Source of the DNA: Candidatus Latescibacterota bacterium
GTDB lineage: Bacteria; Latescibacterota; UBA2968; UBA8231
Direction: 5' to 3'
DNA: 64,000 nucleotides
Assembly (NCBI GenBank): GCA_965203355.1
Contig: OZ241889.1
Span: forward strand, 992,001-1,056,000
The stretch's first letter is position 1, and each line of letters begins with the position of its first letter. Of this stretch, positions 48,408-57,410 are shown piece by piece. Position numbers and translations under genes: made by a program. The notes under the pieces were generated by a model. The model was not told where the DNA came from, did not search any database, and saw only the letters and a list, made by a program, of their open reading frames with translations.

Positions 48408-49177
48408 TGGCGCACCGCAACCCCGCGCTCGCGCAGAAAGCTCTTGACTTCGGGGATCGAGTAATGCTGGAAGTGGAAGATGGAAGCCGCCAGCGCCGCG
48501 CTGGCTTCGCCCGCAGTCAGCACCTCGTAGATGTGGTCGAGATTGCCGGCACCGCCCGAGGCGACGATGGGTACATCTACGCGGCGCGCCACGGCTTGGT
48601 TTAGCTCGAGGTCGTATCCAGTGCGCGTCCCGTCGGCGTCGATGCTGTTGAGTACCAACTCGCCCGCTCCGCGATCGACGAGAGCCTCCACCCACTCTAA
48701 AGCGTCAATGCCGGTGGCTTTGCGCCCCCCGTTGATGTACAGCTCCCACGATGGCGGCTCGCCGGGCACGGCCGGACGCCTGAGTGCGTCAATAGCCGCG
48801 ACAATGCACTGCGAGCCGAAGCTCTCCGCGCTTTGGTTGATGATTTCCGGCGAATGCACATGGGCCGAGTTGATCGAGACCTTATCGGCGCAGGTCTTGA
48901 GAATGTGGCGCACGTCCGCAAAGGTGCGAATACCGCCGCCGACCATTAGGGGAATAAAGACTCGCTCGGAGACTTGGCGCACGAGGTCTAGGACGATGGC
49001 GCGGCCATTGGCTGAAGCCGTGATGTCGTAGAAGACGAGTTCATCTGCGCCTTCGGCGTCGTAGCGCGCGGCGAGCTCGACCGGGTCGCCAGCGTCGCGA
49101 TCGGCTGAAAAGCGCACCCCGCGCACATTGCGGCCGTTTTTGACATCCAGACAGGGAATAATTCGCTTGGCAAGCAT
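48404..49177 (-). CDS. hisF: Imidazole glycerol phosphate synthase cyclase subunit
   Basis: MLAKRIIPCLDV, GADELVFYDITAS, ASGGAG, AASIFH. Confidence 0.97.
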   Translation of the reverse strand: MLAKRIIPCLDVKNGRNVRGVRFSADRDAGDPVELAARYDAEGADELVFYDITASANGRAIVLDLVRQVSERVFIPLMVGGGIRTFADVRHILKTCADKVSINSAHVHSPEIINQSAESFGSQCIVAAIDALRRPAVPGEPPSWELYINGGRKATGIDALEWVEALVDRGAGELVLNSIDADGTRTGYDLELNQAVARRVDVPIVASGGAGNLDHIYEVLTAGEASAALAASIFHFQHYSIPEVKSFLRERGVAVRQ

Positions 49178-49183
49178 AGCTCT

Positions 49184-49786
49184 TCAGCGCAGGCGCGCGA
49201 AGTTGTCGAGAAGGCGCAAGCCGTGAACTTGGCTCTTTTCTGGGTGAAATTGCACGCCAAAGATGCGACCGCTTCCGGCGATCGAGGTGTAATCAATTCC
49301 GTAGTCAGTCGTGGCGACGCAATCGTCTTTGTTTTTGTTTTCCACGTAGTACGAATGGACAAAATAAAAAAAACTGCCCTCGGGTACGCCCGCCAAGAGG
49401 GGCACTTTGCGCTGGATGGCGATTCGGTTCCAGCCGATCTGTGGCACTCGCTCGGCAGGCGGGAAACGCACGCATTTGCCCGGCAGGATTCCGAGCCCGC
49501 GATGCCGCCCCATTTCCTCGCTTTCCTCGAACATGAGCTGCAATCCCAAGCAGATGCCCAAGAAAGGTTTGTCTGCCGCGAGGCCCTCGGCGATGGCCGC
49601 ATCCCAACCGGCGACCTGCAAGTTGTGCATGGCATCGCCAAAGGCTGCGTCGCCGGGCAATACGAGATGGGTGGCCGCGCTTAGACGCTCGGGGGTTTCG
49701 ACGATCTTGGCTTCATAGTCAAGGAATTGGAACGCTTTCTGGACGCTGCGCAGATTGCCCATGCCGTAGTCGATGACTGCAATCAC
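49184..49786 (-). CDS. hisH: Imidazole glycerol phosphate synthase glutaminase subunit
   Basis: DYGMGNLRSV, GICLGLQ, YFVHSY, QFHPEKS. Confidence 0.96.
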   Translation of the reverse strand: MIAVIDYGMGNLRSVQKAFQFLDYEAKIVETPERLSAATHLVLPGDAAFGDAMHNLQVAGWDAAIAEGLAADKPFLGICLGLQLMFEESEEMGRHRGLGILPGKCVRFPPAERVPQIGWNRIAIQRKVPLLAGVPEGSFFYFVHSYYVENKNKDDCVATTDYGIDYTSIAGSGRIFGVQFHPEKSQVHGLRLLDNFARLR

Positions 49787-50592
49787 GATTGCCCTAGCTC
49801 AGCGGAGTGCTCGGCTGCGGCTAGCACGGCACTGATCAGAGCGTCGCGCAGGCCCTTTTCTTCTAGCTTGTGTAGCCCAGCGGCCGTAGTCCCGCCCGGC
49901 GAAGTAACTTGGTCCCTGAGCACGGCCGGATGCTCGCCGCTTTCGAGTACGAGGCGCGCGGCACCGAGCAAAGTTTGTGCGGCGAGTGTTAATGCGGTTT
50001 CGCGCGGCAGCCCGGCGCGTACGCCGCCGTCGGCGAGTGCTTCGACGACCGTGTAAGCCCAAGCTGGGCCGCTACCGGAAAGCCCGGTAACGGCGTCCAT
50101 GAGACTTTCGGCGACTTCGACTGTTGTGCCGACTAGGTCGAACAGTGCGCGCACTTGCTCCATCTGTGCTGCGCTGGCCGCTCGACCAGCGCAGAGCGCG
50201 CAAGCCGCACCCCGCACCCGCACGAGCGTCTGCGGCATGACGCGCACCACGGGCAGTGGCGCGGGCAGTAGCTCTTCGAGCCGGGCGGTCGATACGCCGG
50301 CCATGAGCGAGACGACGATCTGCTGGGTGCTAAAATGCGTGGATAGCGCCTTCAATACGGGCGCAGCCATTTGCGGCTTGAGGACCAAAATCACCAAGTC
50401 CTGACCGCGAACCGCATCTGCCGAGTCCGCGCTGGTGTGGACGCCCAACGCCGACAACCCTTCGAGGGCTTCTGGCCTAATGTCGGCCGCGGTTATCTGA
50501 CCCGCCGGAAGCGGACCAACCAAACCTTCAATCAGTGCCCGGCCCATGTTGCCGGTACCTACAAACCCCAATTTGCTTTTTTCGATCATCAA
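49783..50592 (-). CDS. proC: Pyrroline-5-carboxylate reductase
   Basis: GTGNMG, GLSGSGPA, VTSPGGTT. Confidence 0.95.
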   Translation of the reverse strand: MMIEKSKLGFVGTGNMGRALIEGLVGPLPAGQITAADIRPEALEGLSALGVHTSADSADAVRGQDLVILVLKPQMAAPVLKALSTHFSTQQIVVSLMAGVSTARLEELLPAPLPVVRVMPQTLVRVRGAACALCAGRAASAAQMEQVRALFDLVGTTVEVAESLMDAVTGLSGSGPAWAYTVVEALADGGVRAGLPRETALTLAAQTLLGAARLVLESGEHPAVLRDQVTSPGGTTAAGLHKLEEKGLRDALISAVLAAAEHSAELGQS

Positions 50593-50710
50593 CTTTTAGA
50601 CCACAAAATGCGACAAATCCCAAGTTCAAAATTAAAATGACCGTTTTCGCAAACTATGTCAAACGCCCCTAATGAGAGCGTTTTTCTCTATGAAAAAGCT
50701 ACATTTTTGC

Positions 50711-50738
50711 TTGACTTATACTGCCCTCGTACTATATT
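50711..50738 (+). promoter_or_regulatory. Sigma70-type promoter for the SWIB gene
   Basis: TTGACT-N16-TATATT in an AT-rich divergent intergenic region. Confidence 0.45.
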
Positions 50739-50856
50739 GAAAAGATTAATTTGTAGCTGCACAAAACGGGTAGAATCGGCCTCAAACTTTCACGAGGCGG
50801 AAGAGGCCGACAAACCCAATCTCAAACACCCCCCTACAGCCAAAGGAGAATTTTTC

Positions 50857-51168
50857 ATGGCTAAGAAGAAAGCTGCTGCTCCTAAGAAGAAGGTTGTCGC
50901 CGAGAAGAAGGCGAAGCGCAAGCCCAATCCTGCTTTTATGAGGCCCTTGCAGCCGGATGCCGCCCTTGGGGCCATAGTCGGCAACAAGCCCTTGCCGCGT
51001 ACTCAGATCACCAAGAAAATTTGGGCGTATATCAAGAAGAATGGTCTGCAAGACCAAGAGAACAAGCGCATGATCAATGCCGACGATAAGCTGCAAGCTG
51101 TCTTCGGCGGCGCGAGTCAAGTGAGCATGTTTCAGCTGACCAAGCATGTTAGTGAGCACGTGGAATAG
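50857..51168 (+). CDS. Stand-alone SWIB/MDM2-domain protein with a Lys/Ala-rich tail
   Basis: MAKKKAAAPKKK...PNPAFM...RTQITKKIWAYIKKNGLQD..NKRMINAD..L; RBS AAGGAG. Confidence 0.93.
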   Translation: MAKKKAAAPKKKVVAEKKAKRKPNPAFMRPLQPDAALGAIVGNKPLPRTQITKKIWAYIKKNGLQDQENKRMINADDKLQAVFGGASQVSMFQLTKHVSEHVE

Positions 51169-51199
51169 CGGCTCCTGAGCAAGACATCGCAGTCCATTG

Positions 51200-51234
51200 G
51201 AGAGGGATTCCCCGCGGGAGTCCCTCTCTTTGTT
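51200..51234 (+). terminator. Intrinsic terminator after SWIB
   Basis: GAGAGGGATTCCC-cgc-GGGAGTCCCTCTC followed by TTTGTT. Confidence 0.8.
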
Positions 51235-51250
51235 ACATTTCCCGGCGTCT

Positions 51251-52300
51251 ATGACCCCTGAATTTGAGCTGACCCTAGCCGTCAGCGTCGTTCTCGTCGT
51301 ATCCTGCGTTTGTTCGCTCTTGGAAGCAGCGCTCTATTCGCTGCCCGCTAGTCAGATCGAAATGCTGGCCGGCCAAGGGCGCACTTCGGGCAAAATCCTC
51401 AAGAAATTGCACGCGGATATCCAGCGCCCCATCTCGGCGATTCTCACGCTGAATACCTTGGCTCATACCGGCGGTGCCACCATCGCTGGGGCCGCCTTTG
51501 TCGGCGTGTTTCCGCAGACGCCGGAGACGTATTTCACTATCGTCTTCTCGCTGGCAGTACTCATCTTTACGGAGATTCTTCCCAAGACGGTCGGCGTGGT
51601 ACACGCCCGCGTTCTCGCTCGGTTTATAGCGCGCCCGATCCAATGGATGGTATGGCTGTTCGCGCCCTTTATCTGGCTCAACAAATTCATCGTTCGGCTC
51701 ATCGCCGCTGGGGATCCCGACGTGCCCGCGATCGTGCCAGAAGAGATTGAGATTATCGCGCGGATGAGCCGCCACGCCGGGGCCATTTCGCACGATCAAG
51801 AGCGCGTCATCCAAAACATCCTCAAGCTCGACGAATTGCGGGCGCGCGATATTATGACCCCGCGCACGGTAGTACACTGCCTCGACCGCGACTTGACCTT
51901 GGCCGATGCTCGAGAACAGTCCGGTAGCTGGGACCACAGCCGGGTGCCCCTCTATCAGGAAGAGCGGGAAAACATCGTCGGCTTGGTGCTGCGGCGCGAT
52001 GCGTTCAGTGCCTTGGCCGATGGCCGCGGCCACGCTAAGCTCTCTGAGGTGAGTCGCTCGATCCATTCGGTACCTGAATCGGCGCGGGCTAGTCGCCTAC
52101 TCGAAGAATTCATCCAGCGGCGCGAGCACCTTTTTGCTGTCGTTGATGAATACGGTGGCTTTGCCGGCATTGTCACTTTGGAGGACGTGATTGAAGAAAT
52201 CGTCGGTCGGGAAATCGTCGGTGAATTCGATCCGGCCGTCAATATGCAAGAGCGCGCCCGGCAGGAGCGCCAAGACCTGACCGACTCAGCCCCGGAATGA
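51251..52300 (+). CDS. CNNM/CBS-domain (hemolysin-family, CorC/HlyC-like) protein
   Basis: CSLLEAALYS, EILPKT, IMTPRT, HSRVP, VVDEYGG..GIVTLED. Confidence 0.9.
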   Translation: MTPEFELTLAVSVVLVVSCVCSLLEAALYSLPASQIEMLAGQGRTSGKILKKLHADIQRPISAILTLNTLAHTGGATIAGAAFVGVFPQTPETYFTIVFSLAVLIFTEILPKTVGVVHARVLARFIARPIQWMVWLFAPFIWLNKFIVRLIAAGDPDVPAIVPEEIEIIARMSRHAGAISHDQERVIQNILKLDELRARDIMTPRTVVHCLDRDLTLADAREQSGSWDHSRVPLYQEERENIVGLVLRRDAFSALADGRGHAKLSEVSRSIHSVPESARASRLLEEFIQRREHLFAVVDEYGGFAGIVTLEDVIEEIVGREIVGEFDPAVNMQERARQERQDLTDSAPE

Positions 52301-52366
52301 GCGGCCTATTCGCCGCGTCTTTTTTGCCCGCTGTTAAACCCGTTCAAAAAGGAGTATCCACGGAAG

Positions 52367-53449
52367 ATGAAAGCGCTCGTTGCGCTCGCAGACGGCACCG
52401 TCTTTGAGGGCCGTGCCCTGGGTCGAGGGGGTGAGTGCCTCGGCGAAATGGTCTTCAATACCAGCATGACCGGCTATCAGGAAATTCTCACGGACCCTTC
52501 CTATGCCGGTCAGATCGTCACCATGACGTACCCACTCATAGGCAACTACGGGGTCACACCGGAAGACGACGAATCGGTGCGGCCCCAAGTTCGCGGCTTC
52601 CTGATGAAAGAATGCGCTCGCCTGCCGAGTAGCTGGCGGGCGCGCCAGAGCTTGCCTGACTATCTCGAAGAGCACGGCGTACTCGGCATCGAGGGCATCG
52701 ATACCCGCGAGTTGACGCGCAGAGTGCGCATTGAGGGCGTGATGGACGCTGCCATTTCCACCACCGATCTCGACCCGGACAGCTTGGTCGAAAAGGCGCG
52801 CACTTGGCCGGGGCTTGTCGGTGTGGACATGGTCGCCGCCGTTAGCTGCTCGGTGCCCTACGTCGAAAGCCCCGAAGCCCCGCGCTTCCACGTCGTCGCC
52901 CTCGACTACGGGATCAAGCGCAATATCGTCCGCTGCTTGGTCGCCGCAGGATGCAAGGTAACGGTCGTGCCAGCTAAAACCACGGCCGACGAGGTCTTGG
53001 CCTTGGAGCCGGACGGCGTCTTTCTCTCCAACGGCCCGGGCGATCCCCGGCCCCTCGACTACGCGATCGCGACTTGCCAGGGCCTCATTGGCAAGAAGCC
53101 GATCTTCGGCATCTGCTTGGGCCATGAGATTGTCGGCTTGGCCTTTGGCGCGGAAATTTACCGCCTCAAGTTCGGGCACCGTGGAGCCAATCAGCCGATC
53201 AAGGAACGCGCCAGCGACCGGATTCTAATCACCGCTGAAAACCACGGCTGGGGCCTTGCGGCCGGCTCGCTGCCCGATTGTCTCGAAATCACTCGCCTCA
53301 ACCTCAACGACAACTGCGTCGAGGGCCTGCACCACAAGGAGTTACCCATTTTTTCCATCCAGTGCCACCCAGAAGCCTCGCCGGGTCCACGCGACAGCTT
53401 CCATTTGTTTAGCTACTTCGTCGAGCTGATGGAAAAGCACGCCTCGTAA
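52367..53449 (+). CDS. carA: Carbamoyl-phosphate synthase small subunit
   Basis: FNTSMTGYQEILTDPSY, SNGPGDP, GICLGH, HPEASPGP. Confidence 0.96.
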   Translation: MKALVALADGTVFEGRALGRGGECLGEMVFNTSMTGYQEILTDPSYAGQIVTMTYPLIGNYGVTPEDDESVRPQVRGFLMKECARLPSSWRARQSLPDYLEEHGVLGIEGIDTRELTRRVRIEGVMDAAISTTDLDPDSLVEKARTWPGLVGVDMVAAVSCSVPYVESPEAPRFHVVALDYGIKRNIVRCLVAAGCKVTVVPAKTTADEVLALEPDGVFLSNGPGDPRPLDYAIATCQGLIGKKPIFGICLGHEIVGLAFGAEIYRLKFGHRGANQPIKERASDRILITAENHGWGLAAGSLPDCLEITRLNLNDNCVEGLHHKELPIFSIQCHPEASPGPRDSFHLFSYFVELMEKHAS

Positions 53450-53490
53450 GCCCTGCCCGTTCACTACAACTAAATCCAAGGAAGCGTTCC

Positions 53491-54537
53491 ATGCCCGTAG
53501 TCCAACACGACGTCCTCAAAGACCTCTGCCACCGCATTTTTGCCGCTACTGGCATCCCGGCTGATGACGCCCGCATCGTCGCCGACCACGTCGTCGAAAG
53601 CCACCTCCACGGCCACGACTCGCACGGCACTTGGCTAGTCTCCGGCTATGCCCGCGGGATGCAAAACAACTACGTCCGCTGGGAAGAGACCCAAGTCGTG
53701 CGCGACACGCCTGTGCTGAGGATCATCAACGGCAAGGGAGCCAACGGCATCGTCGCGGTCAATCGCGCCCTCGACATTGCCGTTGAAAAAGCCCAAAACT
53801 CCACCTTCGGCTTTGTCGGCCTCAACCACATCACCCATATCTGCCGACTCGGCGACTATCCGCCACGGATCGCCGCGCAGGGCATGATTGGCATGGTTTG
53901 GCTCAATGGCGGCGGCTTGTTTCTCGCGCCCTTCGGCTCGGCTGACCGCCGTCTGCGCCCTGAGCCGATCGCTTTTTCCGCCCCGCGCCAGCATGGTCCG
54001 CCGTTCATGCTCGATATGACCATGACCGTCGTGGCCGGTGGCAAAATCGTCCAGAAGAACATCCGCCAAGAGCCGATGCCCGAGGGTTGGGTTATAGATC
54101 GGGAAGGCCAGCCCGTCACCGATGCCCAGCGCTATTTAGACGACGCCGAAGGCACCGGCGTCTTGCCGTTGGGCGGCCTACAGTTTGGACACAAGGGCAG
54201 CGGACTGGCGATGATGGTGGAAATGTTGGTGGGGCCGCTCTCCCATGCTGGTTGCACGAAAGAAGGTGGCCGCGGCGGTAACGGGATCATGGTCTTGGCG
54301 ATCAATATCGAGGACTTTATCGCTTTGGATTCATACGAGCGCGAAGTCGAAGCGATGGCCGAGTGGGTGTGCTCGGCTCGCCCTTTGCCTGGGTTTGAAA
54401 AAGTCTATGCGCCCGGCGAAATCGAACAGCAGACTAGAGCGCGGCTGCTAGTCGAAGGCATTGATTTGCCCCAACCTACTTGGGATGAAATCGGCAAAGT
54501 GGCGGCGGAACTGGGCGTAGAGATGCCCGCGTTGTGA
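53491..54537 (+). CDS. Ldh_2 family (malate/L-lactate/hydroxycarboxylate) dehydrogenase
   Basis: GHDSHG, LDMTMT.VA.GK, PEGW.ID, PLGG..GHKGSGL, PGE.E. Confidence 0.9.
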   Translation: MPVVQHDVLKDLCHRIFAATGIPADDARIVADHVVESHLHGHDSHGTWLVSGYARGMQNNYVRWEETQVVRDTPVLRIINGKGANGIVAVNRALDIAVEKAQNSTFGFVGLNHITHICRLGDYPPRIAAQGMIGMVWLNGGGLFLAPFGSADRRLRPEPIAFSAPRQHGPPFMLDMTMTVVAGGKIVQKNIRQEPMPEGWVIDREGQPVTDAQRYLDDAEGTGVLPLGGLQFGHKGSGLAMMVEMLVGPLSHAGCTKEGGRGGNGIMVLAINIEDFIALDSYEREVEAMAEWVCSARPLPGFEKVYAPGEIEQQTRARLLVEGIDLPQPTWDEIGKVAAELGVEMPAL

Positions 54538-54556
54538 GCTGTAGAGGCTGAAAGAA

Positions 54557-55798
54557 TCAGAAGAGTTTGAAGTTTTCCGCATCCATGCTGCGCGCTTGGT
54601 GCATGAGTACGGCGTTCATCAGCTCGATGGCCAGCCGCGACTCTAGGGTCGCGCCAGCGCGTACGCCCACGCAGGGGTCGTGGCGGCCCTTGGCGAGTTG
54701 GAACTCGATTTCTTCGAGGTCCTTGCGCACGGAATCTTGGGGCTGGGCGATGGTGGCCGTGGGCTTGAAACTCAAGCGGCAGACGAGCGGCATACCCGTG
54801 GTCACGCCGCCGAGCAAGCCGCCGTGGCTGTTGCGCTGGTAGCCGTTTTGGCGGATGGGATCGTTGTTTTGGCTACCACGCCGCGCTGAGACGGAGCACC
54901 CCGCACCTATTTCGCAGGCTTGTACGGCGTGTAGTCCGCCGAGGCTGCCCATCAGGCGCAACTTCAAGCTCTGATACAGAGGCTCGCCGACGAGGGGCGG
55001 CACGTTGACGGCCACTACTTCGAGTGCCGCGCCGACGGAGTCTTGCTCTTTGCGGGTTTTGGCAATCAGCTTGGCTGCTCGATGAGCGAAATCCGCATCC
55101 ACCGCGTGGAGCGGCCCGCGCTCCAATTCGCTTTCGAGGGCGGCACATGTTGCGGGCGACAGAGGCTGCCCCCCGGCTTCGACTAGCTCGGCGACTCGCG
55201 CCGCTAGGGAAATGCCCGTCTCCAACGACCCAACTTGGCAGATCGAAGACAAAATGGCGGTGCCAAAGTGCTCGGCTAGATAGAGGCGAGCAATGGTGCC
55301 GCCGATGACGTCGGAGATGGTCGAGCGATAGCTGGAACGCCCACCGCCGCGCACATCGACAAAGCCCCGCGATTGGTAGTGCTTGACTAAGTCGGTATGC
55401 CCGGGCCGGACGTGGCCGTGTGGCCCGGCGAACTGCTGGTAGTCGCCCGAGCGTTTGGCAACCGAAAGCACGGCCGCAGCAATCGGCTCGCCCGTAGTAA
55501 AGCCCGCGCTATAGGTGGGCACCGGCGTCTCGCTCTCGCTTAGGCGCAGTGCTGGGCCGGATAGGAGCTGGTCGTGGTCGTCTGAGTAGAGCCCGGACAG
55601 CAGAGCCACTTGGTCGTCTTCCCGCCGGGGAGTGCCCAGCTTGTTGCCGCCGGGGCGGCGGCGGTCGAGGTAGTGCTGGATCTGGGCACGCTCCACCCAC
55701 AGACCGGGGGGACAACCGAAGACCGTGGTGACAATCGCCGGCCCGTGCGATTCTCCTGCTCCGGCAACGCCAAAAAGCGGCCCGCCGAGTATTTCCAT
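54557..55798 (-). CDS. aroC: Chorismate synthase (divergent)
   Basis: GESHGP, RRRPG, RPGHTD, RGGGRSS, FKPTATI, GRHDPC. Confidence 0.9.
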   Translation of the reverse strand: MEILGGPLFGVAGAGESHGPAIVTTVFGCPPGLWVERAQIQHYLDRRRPGGNKLGTPRREDDQVALLSGLYSDDHDQLLSGPALRLSESETPVPTYSAGFTTGEPIAAAVLSVAKRSGDYQQFAGPHGHVRPGHTDLVKHYQSRGFVDVRGGGRSSYRSTISDVIGGTIARLYLAEHFGTAILSSICQVGSLETGISLAARVAELVEAGGQPLSPATCAALESELERGPLHAVDADFAHRAAKLIAKTRKEQDSVGAALEVVAVNVPPLVGEPLYQSLKLRLMGSLGGLHAVQACEIGAGCSVSARRGSQNNDPIRQNGYQRNSHGGLLGGVTTGMPLVCRLSFKPTATIAQPQDSVRKDLEEIEFQLAKGRHDPCVGVRAGATLESRLAIELMNAVLMHQARSMDAENFKLF

Positions 55799-55942
55799 GC
55801 CAAAGGCTCCTTTGCCAAGGGATGCAAAAATCTACGGCTTTGCTAGGTGGGCGGCAATCGGCGCGTTGCCGGTTGCGGGCTAACCATAAGAGGCGTGGAA
55901 GCGATTTTTTTATTACTTTTGAGCAACGCAAAAAGGCGATCA

Positions 55943-57409
55943 ATGGCAACCAACGAATTGGAGCCCGGCGTTTCAAACAGCCGATACAAGAAGCTCGAAA
56001 CCGAGCTGCGCACGGAACTGATCGCGGCTCAAGAGCGGTTGCAGCAAGCTCCGTTCCCAACGCTCATCGTCTTGGGTGGTTTTGCCGGCGCAGGTACGAG
56101 CGCGGCGCACAACGCGCTCAGGCAGTGGATGGACTCCCACGGCATCGCGGTGTGCGCTTTTGACCCACCGTCCGCAGAAGAGCGCGACCGCCCGGAGTAC
56201 TGGCGCTATTGGCTTTCCTTGCCGCCGAAGGGCACCATTGGCATCTACTTAAACGGCTGGTACGCCCGCCCGCTGCGCGACTTGGCGCGTGGCCGCCGCG
56301 ATGAGGAGGCTTTTGACCGCGCTGCCGACCGCATTGCGGCCTTTGAAAACGCGCTCGTCGTCGATGGTGCGCTGCTGATCAAGTTGTGGATTCACTTGGG
56401 CAAAGAGGCGCGACAGCAACGCATTGCGGCCTTGGAGCAAAATCCGCTGAATCGCTGGCGGGTGACTGCGGGCGCAAGAGAGGGCTTGCAGTACTACGAC
56501 GAGTTCAAACGCGCCGCCGACCGCTTGCTGCACAAGACCGACATCAGCGGTGCTCACTGGCAGCTCGTTGAAGGCCGCGACCCTCACTACACATTGGCGG
56601 TGGCCCGCGCCGTGTGCGCCGCCATCCGCCAGCGTCTAGTCCCCCAAAAGAGCCGTTCCAAGCACGTTGGCTCAGACTGGCCGCCCGCCCCCAATGCGTT
56701 GACTCAGTTGGACATGGAAAAGCGGGTGCTCAAGAAAGAGTATCAAGCCCTGCTTGAGCGATACCAAGGTCGGCTCTATCGCTTGACTCAGCAGACGCGC
56801 CGCAAAGGCGTTTCAACCGTCTTGGTTTTCGAGGGGGTCGATGCCGCGGGCAAGGGCGGGATCATCCAGCGGCTGACGGCTGCTCTCAATCCCTGTATCT
56901 ATAAAATTATCCCGATCGCCGCCCCCACCGACGAAGAACACGCCCAACACTATCTCTGGCGTTTTTGGCGCCATCTGCCGCGGGCAGGTCGGATGGCGAT
57001 TTTCGACCGCAGTTGGTATGGCCGGGTGCTGGTCGAGCGCGTCGAGGGGTTTGCCGACAAAGCCGCTTGGCAGCGGGCATACGGCGAAATCAACGATTTC
57101 GAGCAGCAGCTAACAGACCACGGCATGGTGGTGGCCAAGTACTGGATTCACATCGACAAGGACGAGCAACTGCGGCGCTTTAAGTCGCGGCAGGTGACGC
57201 CGCACAAGCGCTGGAAGATCACCGATGAGGACTGGCGCAACCGCGAGAAATGGGACGAGTACGAGGCCGCTGTTGACGACATGGTAGCGCGCACCCACAC
57301 GCCCGCCGCTCCTTGGACCTTGGTGGAGGGCAACGACAAACGCTTTGCCCGCCTCAAGGTCATCGAGGCGTTTTGCCAGCAGCTAGAGCAGTCGCTTGCC
57401 AGCGGTTAG
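55943..57409 (+). CDS. pap: Polyphosphate:AMP phosphotransferase (two-domain PPK2)
   Basis: Two PPK2 domains; FEGVDAAGKGG, YLWRFW, FDRSWYGRVLVERVE. Confidence 0.92.
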   Translation: MATNELEPGVSNSRYKKLETELRTELIAAQERLQQAPFPTLIVLGGFAGAGTSAAHNALRQWMDSHGIAVCAFDPPSAEERDRPEYWRYWLSLPPKGTIGIYLNGWYARPLRDLARGRRDEEAFDRAADRIAAFENALVVDGALLIKLWIHLGKEARQQRIAALEQNPLNRWRVTAGAREGLQYYDEFKRAADRLLHKTDISGAHWQLVEGRDPHYTLAVARAVCAAIRQRLVPQKSRSKHVGSDWPPAPNALTQLDMEKRVLKKEYQALLERYQGRLYRLTQQTRRKGVSTVLVFEGVDAAGKGGIIQRLTAALNPCIYKIIPIAAPTDEEHAQHYLWRFWRHLPRAGRMAIFDRSWYGRVLVERVEGFADKAAWQRAYGEINDFEQQLTDHGMVVAKYWIHIDKDEQLRRFKSRQVTPHKRWKITDEDWRNREKWDEYEAAVDDMVARTHTPAAPWTLVEGNDKRFARLKVIEAFCQQLEQSLASG

Positions 57410-57410
57410 T

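Noticed and set aside
55943-56640. Degenerate Walker A (GFAGAGTS) in the N-terminal PPK2 domain
   Set aside because: An inactive N-terminal domain is already known for two-domain polyP:AMP phosphotransferases
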